Source: the human T2T-CHM13v2.0 reference genome, Homo sapiens. From it: a stretch of DNA of 64,000 bases. Under the pieces are notes generated by a model. It was not told where the DNA came from. It saw only the letters and a list, made by a program, of their open reading frames with translations, and made no database searches. Shown here piece after piece: positions 63,372 through 64,000 of this stretch (its first letter is position 1; every line of letters starts with the position of its first letter). Location of the stretch: assembly GCF_009914755.1 (NCBI RefSeq), contig NC_060928.1, one strand, 5' to 3'. The position numbers and the translations under genes are program-made.

Positions 63372-64000
63372 TTTTGCTTTCCATTTGTTTGTTAAATTTT
63401 CCTCCATCCCTTTATTTTGAGCCTATGTGTGTCTTTGCACGTGAGATGGGTCTCCTAAATACAGCACACCGATGGGTCTTGACCCTTTATCCAATTTGCC
63501 ATTCTGTGTCTTTTAATTGGGGCATTTAGCCTATTTACATTACAGGTTAATATTGTTATGTGTGAATTTGATCCTGTCATTATGATGCTAGATGGTTGTT
63601 GATGCAGTTTCTTCATAGTGTCAATGTTCTTTACAATTTGGTATGTTTTTGCAGTGGCTGGTACCGGTTGTTCCTTTCCATTTTTACTGCTTCCTTCGGG
63701 AGCTCTTGTAAGGCAGGCCTGGTGGTAACAAAATCCCTCAGCATTTGCTTGTCTGTAAAGGATTTTATTTCTCCTTTGCTTATAAAGCTTAGTTTGGATG
63801 CATATGAGATTCTGGCTTGAAAATTCTTTAAGAATGTTGAATATTGGCCCCCACTCTCTTCTGGCTTGTAGGGTTTCTGCAGAGAGATCTGCTGTTAGTC
63901 TGATGGGCTTCCCTTTGTGGTTTCATTCTCCTCGTCACATTCAGGTACACCAATCAAATGTAGATTTGGTCTTTTCACATAGTCCCATATTTCTTGGAGG
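63372..64000 (-). mobile_element. L1PA ORF1/ORF2-junction fragment running off the window
   Basis: ctccatccctttattttgagcctatgtgtgtc...cagcatttgcttgtctgtaaaggat. Confidence 0.9.

Overview
Primate (most likely human, chr4q27) genomic DNA. It contains coding exon 1 of QRFPR/GPR103 on the - strand (2563-2902) in a CpG island, followed by about 60 kb of upstream sequence dominated by retroelements: Alus, two near full-length L1PB-type LINEs, L1M fragments, MaLR LTRs, a full THE1 element, a HERV-K LTR5B solo LTR, MER/MADE1 DNA transposons and a CR1/L3 fossil. The most interesting signal is in the non-repeat islands at about 15.4-20.4 kb. A series of + strand segments has branch points, AG/GT boundaries, matching splice phases and protein-like translations with stops and frameshifts. 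I interpret these as a decayed multi-exon gene (candidate unitary pseudogene) head-to-head with QRFPR, with one exon split by the HERV-K LTR. I could not identify the protein family. Repeat subfamilies were called by eye from memory of consensus sequences, and most repeat boundaries are approximate.
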